64,000 nucleotides of DNA from the NCBI RefSeq assembly GCF_009914755.1, contig NC_060925.1. One strand, given 5' to 3'. Each line of letters begins with the position of its first letter. Position 1 is the first letter of the stretch. Below are positions 1 through 12,800 of the stretch, piece by piece. The notes below the pieces were generated by a model, which did not search any database, was not told the DNA's origin, and saw only the letters and a program-made list of their open reading frames with translations. The position numbers were made by a program, and so were the translations under genes. This stretch comes from the human T2T-CHM13v2.0 reference genome, Homo sapiens.

Positions 1-1479
1 GAGAACTCAGGAGAAGGCTGGTGGAGCTGCCAGTAGCTTGGCTCCCATAATGCCATTTGGCTTTGCTTTAGGGGAAAATACGAAATTAAAATAATGCTGC
101 TTTTATTCCTAAAACACACCTGATTACTTGCTTTGCTTTCAGTGGTACTGGGGAATTTATAAAACCATTAGGATTCAATCAGTGAGACTGAAAATATTTC
201 CCCATTGCAATAAGCCATGTTTACGTGTCATCCCTCTCTTTGTCCACATGCCAACACTTGCCCTCTGAAACTGATGAGCCCAGGGAGAATCCACACAGTG
301 AGTCATGCCTATAATCACCATCTATGCTTCAATAAAGTCAAAATCTCAAATTGCTTCAACAACAGTGAGTCTTATGACATCTTGTAAGGGGTTATTACTA
401 TTATTATGTTGCTCATTTAGTCAAAGCACTCAGAGATGAAGGGGCTGTTCTCAGGTCAAATGGTGTAATACCAATTCATATAAACTGGGCCTTCTGCTTT
501 AACTTAGTTCACAAATGATTAGACTTGCTGTCTAGACAGTCAAGAAGCCTTCTGGAACTTCTACTCAGAACTAAGAGTGTTGATATACTTTGGGGATTGT
601 TTGTACATTCTCTATCAATTTCAACCTTATTGTAGTGATATAAATTTTTTTAATGCTATGAAGAAAAGACTGTTTAACAGAGACTCCCACTGTAGCAGGT
701 GAGCATTAGTACAATGGGCTCTTCTCTAACTTTCCCACATCAGTGTGCATACTCGGCCCAGGTTGAGATGCGTTTTATAAAGACAGATTCCAACCATGCA
801 GTTTTCCAGGTTGGTGGAGCCCAAGTCAGCTGCGAATAATGGAGGGAGAAAAGTTTGGAAAAAAACCTGTTTCAACTTTTCCCTCCCTTTCGTAACACTC
901 ATCACACTTGAAGAGAATTGTTTTTTTCCCATCTCTCTTTCCCACAGGGTCATGACCAAATCTGTGTGTTCATCATCATATCCCCAGCACCTCTTATCTA
1001 TTGCGTGGAAGAATCCATTTCTATATGGGAGGAGACTTGTGCAATCAGATGTTAATTAAAATGTGCGCATCTTTTTACAAAACAACACAAAAGTCCATTG
1101 TTTTCTTTATGATGAAATAAGCCAACATAGGTAAAACACTTAGAAGAAGAGTGCCTGTAAGCTATAAAGGTGTATGCTATTATTATTGGCAGTATATATT
1201 TATGTGAATTTTAAGACTGTAACAGAATAATGAACCACCTCAGTACTGAAAAGACTTAGATTCAACTGTAAGTCTTCTGATGATTTATGCCACACCAGGC
1301 AAGTTGCTTATTGCCAGTGGCATTTCTTTTTTGATGTGAAATCAGAAGGGTGGTTCCTTTCTTTCTGCCTCTTACTTAAGAGCACAGATAATTTGGGATG
1401 TGAACAGGTGCTTTGAAATTGCTAGATGGAAAGATCAAATGTACTTTTCCTTGAACAGGTTTGAAATACAATTAAATTA

Positions 1480-1716
<237 letters not shown>

Positions 1717-3249
1717 CTATATGCTTGAAAACTCCCCCCCTCCTTCTTTCTGATCGCAGGATCTTTTCTGCAAGATTACTTTTAGAAACAAAAAACTCTT
1801 TTATTTAATTGAAAAAATAAAGGCTCTCATTCCAAGACTCCTTGCTGCACTTGTCAATCACAGATAGTTTCATAGTTATATTAAATACTATCACTATTTC
1901 AAAGTGATTCTAATTGCTGTTTTAGTGACACCAAACAAGATTCCTGGAGGAAGGAAAACAGAGTGCAGCTGGCAGAGACTGAAGGAAGTGCTGCGGGCCT
2001 GGGGTGCCCATCTGTTCACCTCGGAGCTTTGTAGACACTGCAGTCTTCTCGTCATTGTTTACATCTTTCTTCCTTTGTGCCATTTTCAGACAGGTTGTGT
2101 CTCTTCCTCCATTCAACACTGCTCTCTCATGGAGGATTTGACCAGCTACATCACCTTTATTTTAAAGCAGCTGCTGGTAGGAGTCGGAGAAGTTCCCTTG
2201 CAGATTCTCCAATTGCCAGCAGTGTTCAGGAAACCCCAGCCCATGTGAACTCACCACTGCTCCTGCTTTTGCCACCTCGGCAGGGGATGTGGAAGTCCCC
2301 AGGTGTGCTGCCTCCAAGCTCCAGAGACTGATGTGAACATCTGGTTTTCTGGAAACCAAGGTCATGTCCTGTTTGACTTCATGCTTCATGTTTCAAAACT
2401 GATGGAATCACTGATCCTAGAGGAGTCATGTAGGACTGAGTTCTAAGTGTAAAGACAGTGGTTTTCCAACTCAAGTGTGCTTCCTGAGTAGGTGTGAAGT
2501 GAGCACTGGGCATGTGCCTTTTAACCAGCTGGACTTGTAATTCTCATCCAAGTATCTGGGGACCAAAAGCCTCTGCTTTTTATTTGCCAGCACAGTTCTC
2601 CTAAATGATCATTGGGCTGACCTAACTTGCATCAGTGCTGACAAACAGGTGGAGTTAGGCTTTGACCAGCCAGGTTCTCATTTGTAGCTGTGTGTCTTTG
2701 CCCCTCTCCTCTTGGCTGTAGATGCAGAGGTCCTTGTATTCTTTTTGACCCTGAAACTCTAGAATAAATGTAGGTACACTCAGGCAGCATTCATATTTCA
2801 GGCTTATTTTCTAATTGTGAAATAAAAGGCCTTGTTAGGTATGGGAGTTACAAAGCAGATGGGTAGAATTTTCCAGAGGAAAGAACAACTAAGCTGCTAT
2901 TGACACCACATCACTGAGAAGCGTCTCCCCTCTTTGACCTGAGCACTGGACCGAGGCATTTGTCTTGCCGGGAGTACTCTTCAAACTCCTTCGAAATAGC
3001 TTCAGTGGGTGCTGGGCAAAGCACTTTAATTTCTGTTTTTTCCATACAAGGGTGGGGCTGAGAAGAAGAGTGGGTGTGAAGGGAGGAAGCAAGTAGGCAA
3101 AACTGTGTGTCGATAAGCAAGTTAGCCCCAAGTCCTGCCCGTCCTCCCTCCTGTCTCCCCTGAGATTATTAGAGATGAAAAGAGACCTGAGAGACATAGC
3201 AGTAAAATGGCCACAGGTGGATTTTGATTCTGATCTGAACAAACCAGCT

Positions 3250-3585
3250 GTAGCAATTGGGGGAAAGTGGACATGAAATGGGTATTAGGTATTATTAAGA
3301 CATTATGATAAATTTTGTTGGGTATGATCATAGCATGGTGATTTTGTTAAAACAAATTCTTACATGTTAGAGATACAGAGGGAAGTACATATGGTGAAAT
3401 GATATGTTGTCTGTGATTTGCTTCAAAAAAACTTCAGGAAAAAAAGGTGGAGAACAGTTAAAACAAGAACAGCCAAATATTGATAATAGTTGAAGCTGGG
3501 TGATAGATCCATGGGAGCTCATTTTATTATTCACTCTACTTTCATACTTTTTTCCTACAATAAAACGTTTTAATAATAAAAAAGG
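3250..3585 (+). mobile_element. Old L1M (L1MC-like) 3' end fragment
   Basis: Typical 3'UTR text (GAAATGATATG...GATTTGCTTCAAAA) ending in AATAAA and an A-rich tail. Confidence 0.65.
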
Positions 3586-3739
3586 TTTTAGTGTATATGC
3601 AAAAATAAATTGTCGAATGAGCAAATACTAAGGAAGTATCCTATCTGTTTTGTTCTTCCTCTCTAGGACTACCTTTGTTCACTTCCCTTCTAGAATATTT
3701 CATCAAAATAGGCATAGAAAAAGGACTGGCCTTCTTGCC

Positions 3740-4350
3740 AGTCCCCTTGCCTCTAGCCCCCTCCCTTCCAATGCATTGTGGTCTGAGTTACCCAACAGGC
3801 CAATCCAGTCATGTCGCTTTCCCTGCTCAAACATCTTCCATGGCTCCCTACTGTCTCCAGAAGAGAAGGCCATTACTACGTTTTGACACACATGACCTCT
3901 GTGAGCTGGTGCCTGGCTCCCTCACTTGCCTTCTCTCCTGCTTCTCTGCTGCCACAGTGGACTTCTTTTTATGTCTGCTCACACGTCAGCTGTCTCCTGC
4001 CCCTAGCTCTGCTCTCTATTCCCCCCCATTCCTTCTTTGCCTGGCAAACTTCTACTCATCCCTCAAGTCTCATTCCTAACATGATGACCTATGTGAGAAA
4101 CAGCTTCCTCCCAAGTAGATTTAGATGCCCCTTTTTCTATGCCTCTTGCTCACCCCTGCCCAGCCACGCTCTCTTTAGGAGTTCTGTTTCCTTCCTTGTG
4201 CTCTTCACCATTGGTAATTATTCTGGTGTTTACTTGTCATCTATCTCCCCTGTAAGACTCTATGCTCCATGTAGACAGAAATCATACTGGATGACTTCTA
4301 GGTATGCTGGGCATGTGGTGGGCACTCAGTATTTGATGTGTGAGTAAATG
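3740..4350 (-). mobile_element. L2 fragments
   Basis: Pyrimidine-rich L2-like text ending GGCACTCAGTATTTG. Confidence 0.6.
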
Positions 4351-5069
4351 ATCTTATCAGAATAACAAGCAGATTGATTATAATTGTTTATACACCTGAT
4401 ACTCCATGAAATGGTATGTTCATTAAGGACAGGACCCCACTTTTTATCTTTGTATCACCAAGCTTTTTATCCATTGCATTTTCTGTACACTCATCGATGT
4501 CCAACTAAGGAAGGTTCTGTAAGACAAGTCTGCTTTTAAGTTGTCTTTTTTTAAAAGGGTAAATAAATTTGGTCTTTTTATCTTGAAGTCAAATTCCCCT
4601 ATATTGAAGTCCTGTTAGAAGTGGATGTAATAAAGAAGTGGTAAATTAATGACTTCCTGAAAATTCATAATCACTCAATTTTACTAATTCAATTAATCGT
4701 ATTGCCTAGGTAGTTCTGAGTCACATGAAGAGCACATAGGCTGTTTTTTTTTTTTAAGACAACGAAGTAGTAGCTGTTTACTTATATAAAGTACAAGGCA
4801 AAACTGTCTCTGCAAACTTCCCCACATCTCTACCCAAGGATAATCAATGTTAACAATTTGGCACATATCCTTCCAGAAGCACGAAGACTTTAACTTCTTT
4901 TTATATCTTTTTCCTGATTGACAATTCCACAGACCTCCACATTTTTACCATAGTTTGCAGTTTAACCACATCAGCATATGTGGCAGCACTTGGAGAACAC
5001 CCTGCCCCAAATGGTGGCTTTGCTTTCCCTAAAGACTAAGGGTTCCCTCCAAGAATACGAGATCAGCAC

Positions 5070-5408
5070 TGTCTTAGTTCACTCTGGCTGCTACAACAAA
5101 ATACCATAAGCTGGGTAAACAACAGAAATCTATTTCCCACAGATCTGGCAGCTGGGAAGTCTAAGATCAAGGCTCCAGCAGGTTTATTGCATGGTGCGGG
5201 CTCATTTCCTGATTCGTAGATGGCATCTTCTCTCTGTGTCTTCATATGGTGGAAGCGGCAAGCTGGCTTTCTGGGGTTTTACAAGGGCACTAATCCCAGT
5301 CATGACCTAATTGCCTCCGAAAGGCCCCACCTCCTAATGCCATCATCTTGGGGATGAAGATTTCAACATATGAATTTTGGGGAGGATGCAAACATTCAGA
5401 TCATAGCA
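5070..5408 (-). mobile_element. MLT1A-type MaLR solo LTR
   Basis: TGTCTTAGTTCA...CAAAATACCATA...GGGAAGTCTAAGATCAAGG...CATAGCA. Confidence 0.85.
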
Positions 5409-5609
5409 TGCATCTCCTCTTCATTTTTATCCCCCTGTTGCCTAAACGTCCTAATAAATGTATAACATGAAGCATAAGAAAGACCTCAAGAATAATGCAC
5501 ACACCAACCCATTCCATTAACCTTGCCTAGCACTGAGTGACTAGGCTTCGTCACAGTGACAAAGATTGATGCTTATCTATGCAATATTGCTAAAAGTCAT
5601 AATGCCTGG

Positions 5610-5975
5610 CCCAGCCTCCCATGCATACAGGGTGAGCCTATGGCACAATGGTAACCAAGACACCAGGAGAAGTCATAGGATGGGGTTTCTGGAAATGGTC
5701 TTTTGAAGTAGGCCCCTCTGCCCTTTGCCTGGCCCCTGCCTGCAACATGGATGTGCTGGAGGAGGCAGCACAGGTGTTTGGAGGTCACCAGATGACAGGC
5801 ATATGCTGGGGATGAAGGAGGGAAACACAGGGCAGCCTGGGGGTCTTGAGGAAACCTGTGGTGCTCCAAACCCCTCTTGGAGGACCCAGCTCCAGACTCT
5901 GCCTGGGGAGAAAAATGAAACCCACGGTTTCTCTGACTTTTGTTACTCACAGCCAGGTGCAGTTTCTAAATGATA
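5610..5975 (+). mobile_element. Old ERVL LTR (LTR33-like)
   Basis: Degenerate similarity, ending TGTTACTCACAGCC...TAAATGATA. Confidence 0.5.
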
Positions 5976-5984
5976 AAATCCCAC

Positions 5985-6835
5985 ATTTGACAAATATGTA
6001 TTGAGTGTCTGCTATTGTGCCAGGTGCTGGGGACACGGCAGTGAATGAAACAAAGTCCTCCCTTCATGGGGTTTACCTTCAAGAGTCTCCCTGAGGCTTC
6101 GCCAGCCCTTCCATCACTGTCGTCATGCTGTGTATACGTGCAAGATTCTCCCACAGGAGAGAAAGAATCTACCTCTGATCGCTTATGTCTCCCTAGCTAC
6201 AGTCTAATTTCTCTCTTCCACCCTTCATTCCCACATTCTTTTAAGCATAGTCCGTAATCAGTGACTTCACTTCCTCACCAACACTTCCCTGGCTTCTACC
6301 CTCACCATCCTACTAAGATGCTTTATCAAGAACCCCCCAGTTTTCTCCTGGTTTTTAAGTCTAGTGGACATTTTTGCTTCTTGTATTTTCAAACCTCTCT
6401 GCTTTTCTCAACATTTTGATCATGTCCTTTTCCTCCCTGGTCGTCTGTGACACTGCTTTTGCCTGGTTTGCTTTGCTACTTCTCTGCCTTTCCCACCAGC
6501 AACTGTACCTCTACCTTCCCCTGAAGTGCTGAGGTTCCCAAGGGCCTCCCTTGCTCCTCTCACTCTGCACACTCCCCGGATAGTCTCATTTCCTTTATCA
6601 TTTAATCTGCTACCTTTTTGTTGATGACTTCTAAATCTGTACCTCCAACCTAGACCTCTCCCCAGAGCTTCAGACTTACATATCCAACTGTCTGCTGGGC
6701 ATCTGCCTAGATCCAGCGTGTTCTGAACTGACCACATCGTCTTACCCCAAACCAACTTCTGTGCCTGTGTGCCCTTTCTGTGGCTGGCACCACTTTCTGT
6801 CTGGGACCCATCATGGGTTCTTCCCATCCCATTGT
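5985..6835. mobile_element. L2 fragments in both orientations
   Basis: TATTGAGTGTCTGCTATTGTGCCAGG...; TCTAAATCTGTACCTCCAACCTAGACCTCTC. Confidence 0.6.
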
Positions 6836-7540
6836 CTAAATCTCCAGCCTGGAGATCCAGAAATTGGTGCTGGGAATGAGTGTGGGGTAGGATGAGCCCT
6901 TAGATAGCAGAGGGTAACCAAGGGACATCTGAAAGGCTACTTTAGGAGGAAGCTGGCATCAAAGACTGGAATCCAAAGAAGCTATGCAGACAAAAAGCAA
7001 CCAGGTCCTAGATAATAGGAAGGCATCTAAGAGGGGGTAGGAGCCCAGAGGCACAACCTAAGGAACAGCCACACTCATGTCTCCAGGGAGGCTACGCATA
7101 AGTAAATCAGTCACAAGCTCCCATCAGTTTTGATTATTTTCTCTTCTTTCTGAATTTGTTTCCTGTCTTCCTCACTTGAGTGTGGGTGGGAGATTGCCCA
7201 TGGCCATGTGGACAATCTTCTCTCCATCCCCTCTCCTTTACTTCTGCAGGCCCCAGGCACACTCTGGTCTTGAAACTCCACCACACATCACATGAACACT
7301 TTGGAAAGCATCTGTGTCCATATCTATTCAGATCTCTGTCTATCTATAGGTCTAGGTCTATGTAGGTATAGTTTTCTAAAAGCTCCTAATTTTTACTTAT
7401 GAAATTATTTGACTTTGAACAACTTATTTAATGATTTATCTGGTATGAATTTTAAGCAATCATTGTGAATACTTAGAAGTGTTTGTAAAGTGGAAAAACC
7501 TGAACTGCAAACAGGCTTTGGAATTTAAGATTTTATGAAT

Positions 7541-8447
7541 ATAGTAAATCCTCACTTAATTCATCCACAGGTTATTGGAAACTTCAACTAAGTGAAATGG
7601 CTATAATGAAACCAATTTTACCACAGGCTAATTGATATAAACCAGAATTAAGTTTCTTTCTTTTCTATTTTTTTTTTTTTTTGAGATGGAGTGTCACACT
7701 GTCGCCTAGGTGGGAGTGCAGTGGCACGATCTCTGCTCACTGCTCCGCCTCCCGGGTTCAAGTGATTCTCCTGCTTCAGCCACCCAAGTAGCTGGGACTA
7801 CAGGTGTCCACCACATCTGGCTAATTTTTGTATTTTTTAGTAGAGACAGGGTTTTACCATGTTGGCCAGGCTGATCTTGAACTCCGGACCTCAAGTGATG
7901 CGTCTGCCTCGGCCTCCCAAAATGCTGGGATTATAGGTGTGAGCCACTGCACTTGGCCCAAAATTAAGTTTCTATAGCTTGTTTCTGGTTACAATAAATC
8001 ACCAAACTTCAAAATAAAGACTAAAATACTTCTAATATTAAATATTGAAATACATGTGAACTATACATACATTTTCAAAGATTAATTAAAAAGTAAGATA
8101 ATTATTCACCCAATTATTTCAGTTCAGAGTCATGGGTGGCTGGATTCCATCCCAGCAGCTCAGGGCACAAGGTAGGAATCTAACCTGGACAGGATGCCCT
8201 CCCATGGCAGGGGCACTCACTCCCACACCCACACTCACTCACGTTGGAATCATGCAGACACACCGTTTCCACTAATGGGCACATCTTGGGGATGTGGGGG
8301 AAACAGGAGTACCTGGAGCTAACCCAAGCAGACATGGGAAAGATGTGCAAACCCCACGCTGACAGTGGCCCTGGCCAGGAATCAGTTTTGTTTTCTCTCA
8401 TCAACGGTATGATAAAACAGTGTTGAATGAAACTCAAGGGCTTGTTT
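7541..8447. mobile_element. MER6 (TcMar-Tigger) DNA transposon interrupted by an Alu
   Basis: Terminus AGTAAATCCTCACTTAA; internal GGGCACAAGG...CTGGACAGGATGCC...GGAGTACCTGGAG...GTGCAAACCCCAC block typical of MER6. Confidence 0.75.
7658..7958 (-). mobile_element. AluS
   Basis: Full dimer with poly-T; TSD CA(G/A)AATTAAGTTTCT at 7643-7657 and 7959-7973. Confidence 0.95.
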
Positions 8448-9774
8448 TAACTAAATTTAACAATGAAGTTGAATAAAATTACCTTCCTTAAATATTCATT
8501 TAATATTCATTCATTATAATTCTAAAGTTTTTTCATTTTCTTTTGGAGCCAATTAAAAAAAAAAAAAAACTTCAAATCTCAAATAGTTTTGTAGGCTTCT
8601 GTAAAGCCTGCAGTCCTTAGCCACTAGTCCTATCACTTTGAGGACTAATGGATCAAAATGACCAACCCACCCTGTCTCACCCCATTCTCACTCTACCCCT
8701 ACTGGCCAGAGTCAACTCATTTCAAACTACCTCACCTTCTCCAGAAAGCCTTCTTCCCCCATCACCATGCTCTTCCAGCTTTCCTTCCCTAGGGATTAGG
8801 TGCCCCTCCTAGCTATTCCTGTCTTTCTCAGTGCATTTATTTACCACTTTTATTTTGGTTTGCTGTTATTTTTTAATGTATCTATCTCTCCACTAGACTG
8901 TAAACTCATTAAGCATAGGAATAGGTTTTATTTTGTTTGTCTTTTATCTTCTGGGCATGGTACACAGTAGGTGCTCAATAATACGTGTTGTGGTAATTAA
9001 TGAGTAAATAAACTATAACAGAGTAGGAAAGAGACTGTGTCTGTTGAGGTTTTAGGTTCCATGAGGGCTATATATAGCAGTCATCATGGTGACTTACAGG
9101 GAGGGAGCAGTCAGTTTCACCTGGGGACGGGGAAGTGACACTTGAGCTGAGGTTTGTAAAGAGACAAACTGATGACTGTGAGAGTGAGGACAGTGTCTGT
9201 CAGTAAAAGGGGAGGGCCCAGGAATTCCAGGTGGAGAAAGGAACGTGAAGAGAGTCAGCAAGAAAGAGTGACTAGAGAGACAGCCAGATAAGAGCAAGAC
9301 TAGGAATTTGGGGGAAAGGGAACAGAGAAACAATAGCTTGAGATGTATTTTTGTGTGGTTAATACCCTTTTTTCCATCTTGTTAATAATTTAATAATATT
9401 CCTTCACCAAATAGTTACTAAGCTCCAGTTACGTGCCTGGTGCTACAGCTACAATTTCCTTCCCAGCTCTTTTTAGTGGGAATGGTAAATGATGAGGGTC
9501 CGGTCCTCACACCTTACATCTCTGAATACTGCCTGGTCCCGAGGGAGCCCTCCATATGTACCTGTTCACAGTTGCCTGACTGAGGTTGCCATAAATTATA
9601 AAATAACTTTCCCAGGGCTCTCCTCTTCTTTTGGTTCCCCCTTCCCTATTATCTGTTCAAATTCACATGAATTGTTTCTGTCAAAGAACCGGAAGAGACT
9701 GTAAGTTTAGTTGGAATGGAACTGAGAAACTATTTCTGGAAAAAAAGGTCACAGATCAAAATGGCAAACATCAT

Positions 9775-9776
<2 letters not shown>

Positions 9777-9820
<44 letters not shown>
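9777..9820. repeat. (CA)22 microsatellite
   Basis: Perfect dinucleotide run. Confidence 0.97.
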
Positions 9821-9822
<2 letters not shown>

Positions 9823-12800
9823 TTCCTATGCCAAATAAGTTCTCTTAATTTTCCAAGTAACAAATAACTCTTCCATGTCACACATCACAACTGACAGCAC
9901 TGCCAGCCGAAGTTCAAGGTCAGACTAGACCTCTAAGGAAGATAAGGCTGTGAAGGGATCTGCCTCTACTAACTGAGGTCAGTCTAAGGGGCCCTTAGGC
10001 CTTGATCCTGTGCTTAAGAAATTGATATAAGGTCCTAGGCAGCAGCCAAGATGATTCCGGCCCTAAGAGGCCTCTGCTTGGGTTGTCTGGGATCAAAACC
10101 ATGTCTCTCCCTTGGGACTGTGTAATATTTTTTTCTTAAGGTAGAACAGACATGTTTATCACCTCCTAAAAAGTCTTGTTGGCATAGTATTTCTGATGCT
10201 TTGGATCAAATGTGTTCATCAAACAGATGTCACCCAACCGCACATGAAATGTCTTAAGCATTGAATGTTTTGTTGTTTTACTTTCTGTGATTCAAAGAAG
10301 ACAATCTGGAAACAGTATTAATTTCTAAGTTGAGGATATACCTAACACAAGGGTAAATAAGTAGCCTCAGGTTCAATGTGTCTTTTTGGGGCAGACATGG
10401 CCTCTGCAGGCTATGGAAGGTTCTGAAGGGAGGGATGAGCTGCAGTCTTGAAGGCATGCAGACCAGAGGTGAAAAGCAGTTGAAGCAGTGGACAGAAGTG
10501 TGTGCTGCTGTGTTCAGTCCTGGGCTGAGCTACAGGAAACCCACATTTATCCGGGAGGGAAGTTGTTGCTAGGCAACTGGGAGAATGTGGATTTGAAGCA
10601 TGTTTCTTGCAAACTGACAGTTGTTAAGCATCAAATGAAAAGGGAGGAAGCGGGCTTCAGTGGTGAGGGGGCAACCAGGAGGGGACACCCTGAGTGCTAG
10701 GAAATGCGTCATCAGTGGAGAATTCAGACTCAATCACTGGGGGGTTGGGGGACATGTCAAACGGTCTCTACCAGGAGGTCACAGAGACATGCAGTCTCCC
10801 AGAATGAGAGGGAACTGAGTGTCTCAACTAGAGGGTGGGCTCTTGGGTATGTGAACAGACAAGTTATGAGACTCTTTGGCTCAACAGAAACTAGGTCTTT
10901 TTCTGTCCGTCCCAGTATCTGTGGTTAATGAAAGCAAAACTGAGCTTGGAATCTAGAGGCAGCCAAAAGGTCACTCCATGAGACAGACCTTCTCCTAGTC
11001 TGGGGGGGTCTGAAGAAGGAGAAATGGGGAGCAAAGGGCCTCTCAAAAGAGGCTGTGCTTTCATAAGAGCAAAATGCTTTTTGTTCAAAGTGTTTTTCCA
11101 TCTCTTCTCTAATGTGAATTTCATTACTATTTCATGAGCTGTGTAGGACAAGTCTTATTTTCTCGATTTTACGGATGGGAGGCTAAGATTTCCTTTAAAT
11201 GGCAGCAAGTTAGGAGCCAACATAGAGCCAGGGCCCAGTCTCTCAGCCACTAAGAGATGCCTGTATGCCCCAGCAGCTGCCCAGGCCTGTGGTCCTCACG
11301 CCATTGGATCCTGTGCTCAGGGGCAGGGAGGATGCTGAAGGGGGCAGGGAGGATGCTGAATACTTCATAAACAGAGTTAAGGAAGAATCGGTGTATATTG
11401 AGACCGCTTAGTAAAGAATGCATATTAGTGGTAGGTAGAAAAACATTTTAATGTAAAGGCTATTAACCTGGGGTCTGGCTTCAGCTGCTCCATGAGCCCC
11501 ATCCTGTGTGTCCCTGTGAACTTAGTTTTCTTTAGGGAACAGGTCTAGAGCTGTAGTCAGATTCTCGAAGGTAATCCTAACCCATAAGAAAGGTTAAGAG
11601 CTACTGTTCTGTAGAGATAAAACATATCAGAAGCCAAAACCTTTCTTAAAACCAACTGACCCTGGAGAGAACCTGACGCCTCACACATTGGTGCACACAT
11701 TGTAGGCGCCTAGTGCGTATTTACTGAACAAAGGCCAGGACCCCAGGACTCATTATCCTCAATGGCAGCCTTCCCAGGGGCCTGCTCTTGTCTTAAGTGA
11801 CTTCAGTTTTGACTTCTCAGTATTTCTTTCTTTGTAAATCCATAAAAGCAACATCTGATCTGTCATGAAAATAAGCCCTGGCCTACTGCCTGCCTGGAGC
11901 TGAAAAGACATCAAGGCAGGCAAGTGACAATCCAGCCAGTAGGCTCAATGTGCACGAAGGGGCCTCTCTTCTATTTCATTTTTATTTCTTCTTTGTTGAA
12001 ATCCATTCACCCAGAGGATATTTTGATGGTAATAGGTAAAGATTTTTGTAGATGCAGGCAGAAAAAATACTAATGCTATAAATCAAATATATTTGCTGTG
12101 GCTTGAATATTTTCATAAAACCCCCCAAAAACAACAACAAAAACCTTCCTGATTTAGTTTTGTTTCCTCCCAACAGCCCTGCTGTTCCCTGGTACTGGCA
12201 CTCAGGAATCACTCCTTTCTCTTCTCCCCTTCCCAAAACCCTTATGGAGAAGTGGGAGAAATTGGAAAGAATGAGGAAGTCATGACATCAAGTCATTAGT
12301 GGGACCTCACTGTAAAATCCTGTAGCTGTGGGGGCTTTCCCAGACACTTGACATAGCAATATCCACCCGAAAGTTGAAATGCATAGGTGAAGTTTAACAA
12401 TCTGCAACCAATGACCCAGGAGAGCAGCAACTGTGGCAACTCTCACTGGGTAGGGGGCGGTCCACCCACGCTTCTCCCCAGTGACTCAGGAATTCAGGGA
12501 GCCAGAGCCAAGAATGAAACAGGACATTGATGGGCGCATGTAGTCAGAACCCCAAGATTGGGCCCTTTTCTTCCTGGAACTCAACGTCCAGCCACCCCGT
12601 AGTCAAAGAGACACGGATAAAATGCAATCAGAAAAGTAAAAATGACAACAGAGCAGTGGTTGGGGGACAGAAAAGAAAGCTGAATCATGCCACACTGGAA
12701 GCATTTTCAAAGGAAAACCGTGAGCCCAAATGCCGAGGAGGCTGACTTTTCTCTATCAACAAGCATTTAGGAGGGGGAAGGGAGGGAGACTCAGACTTCC

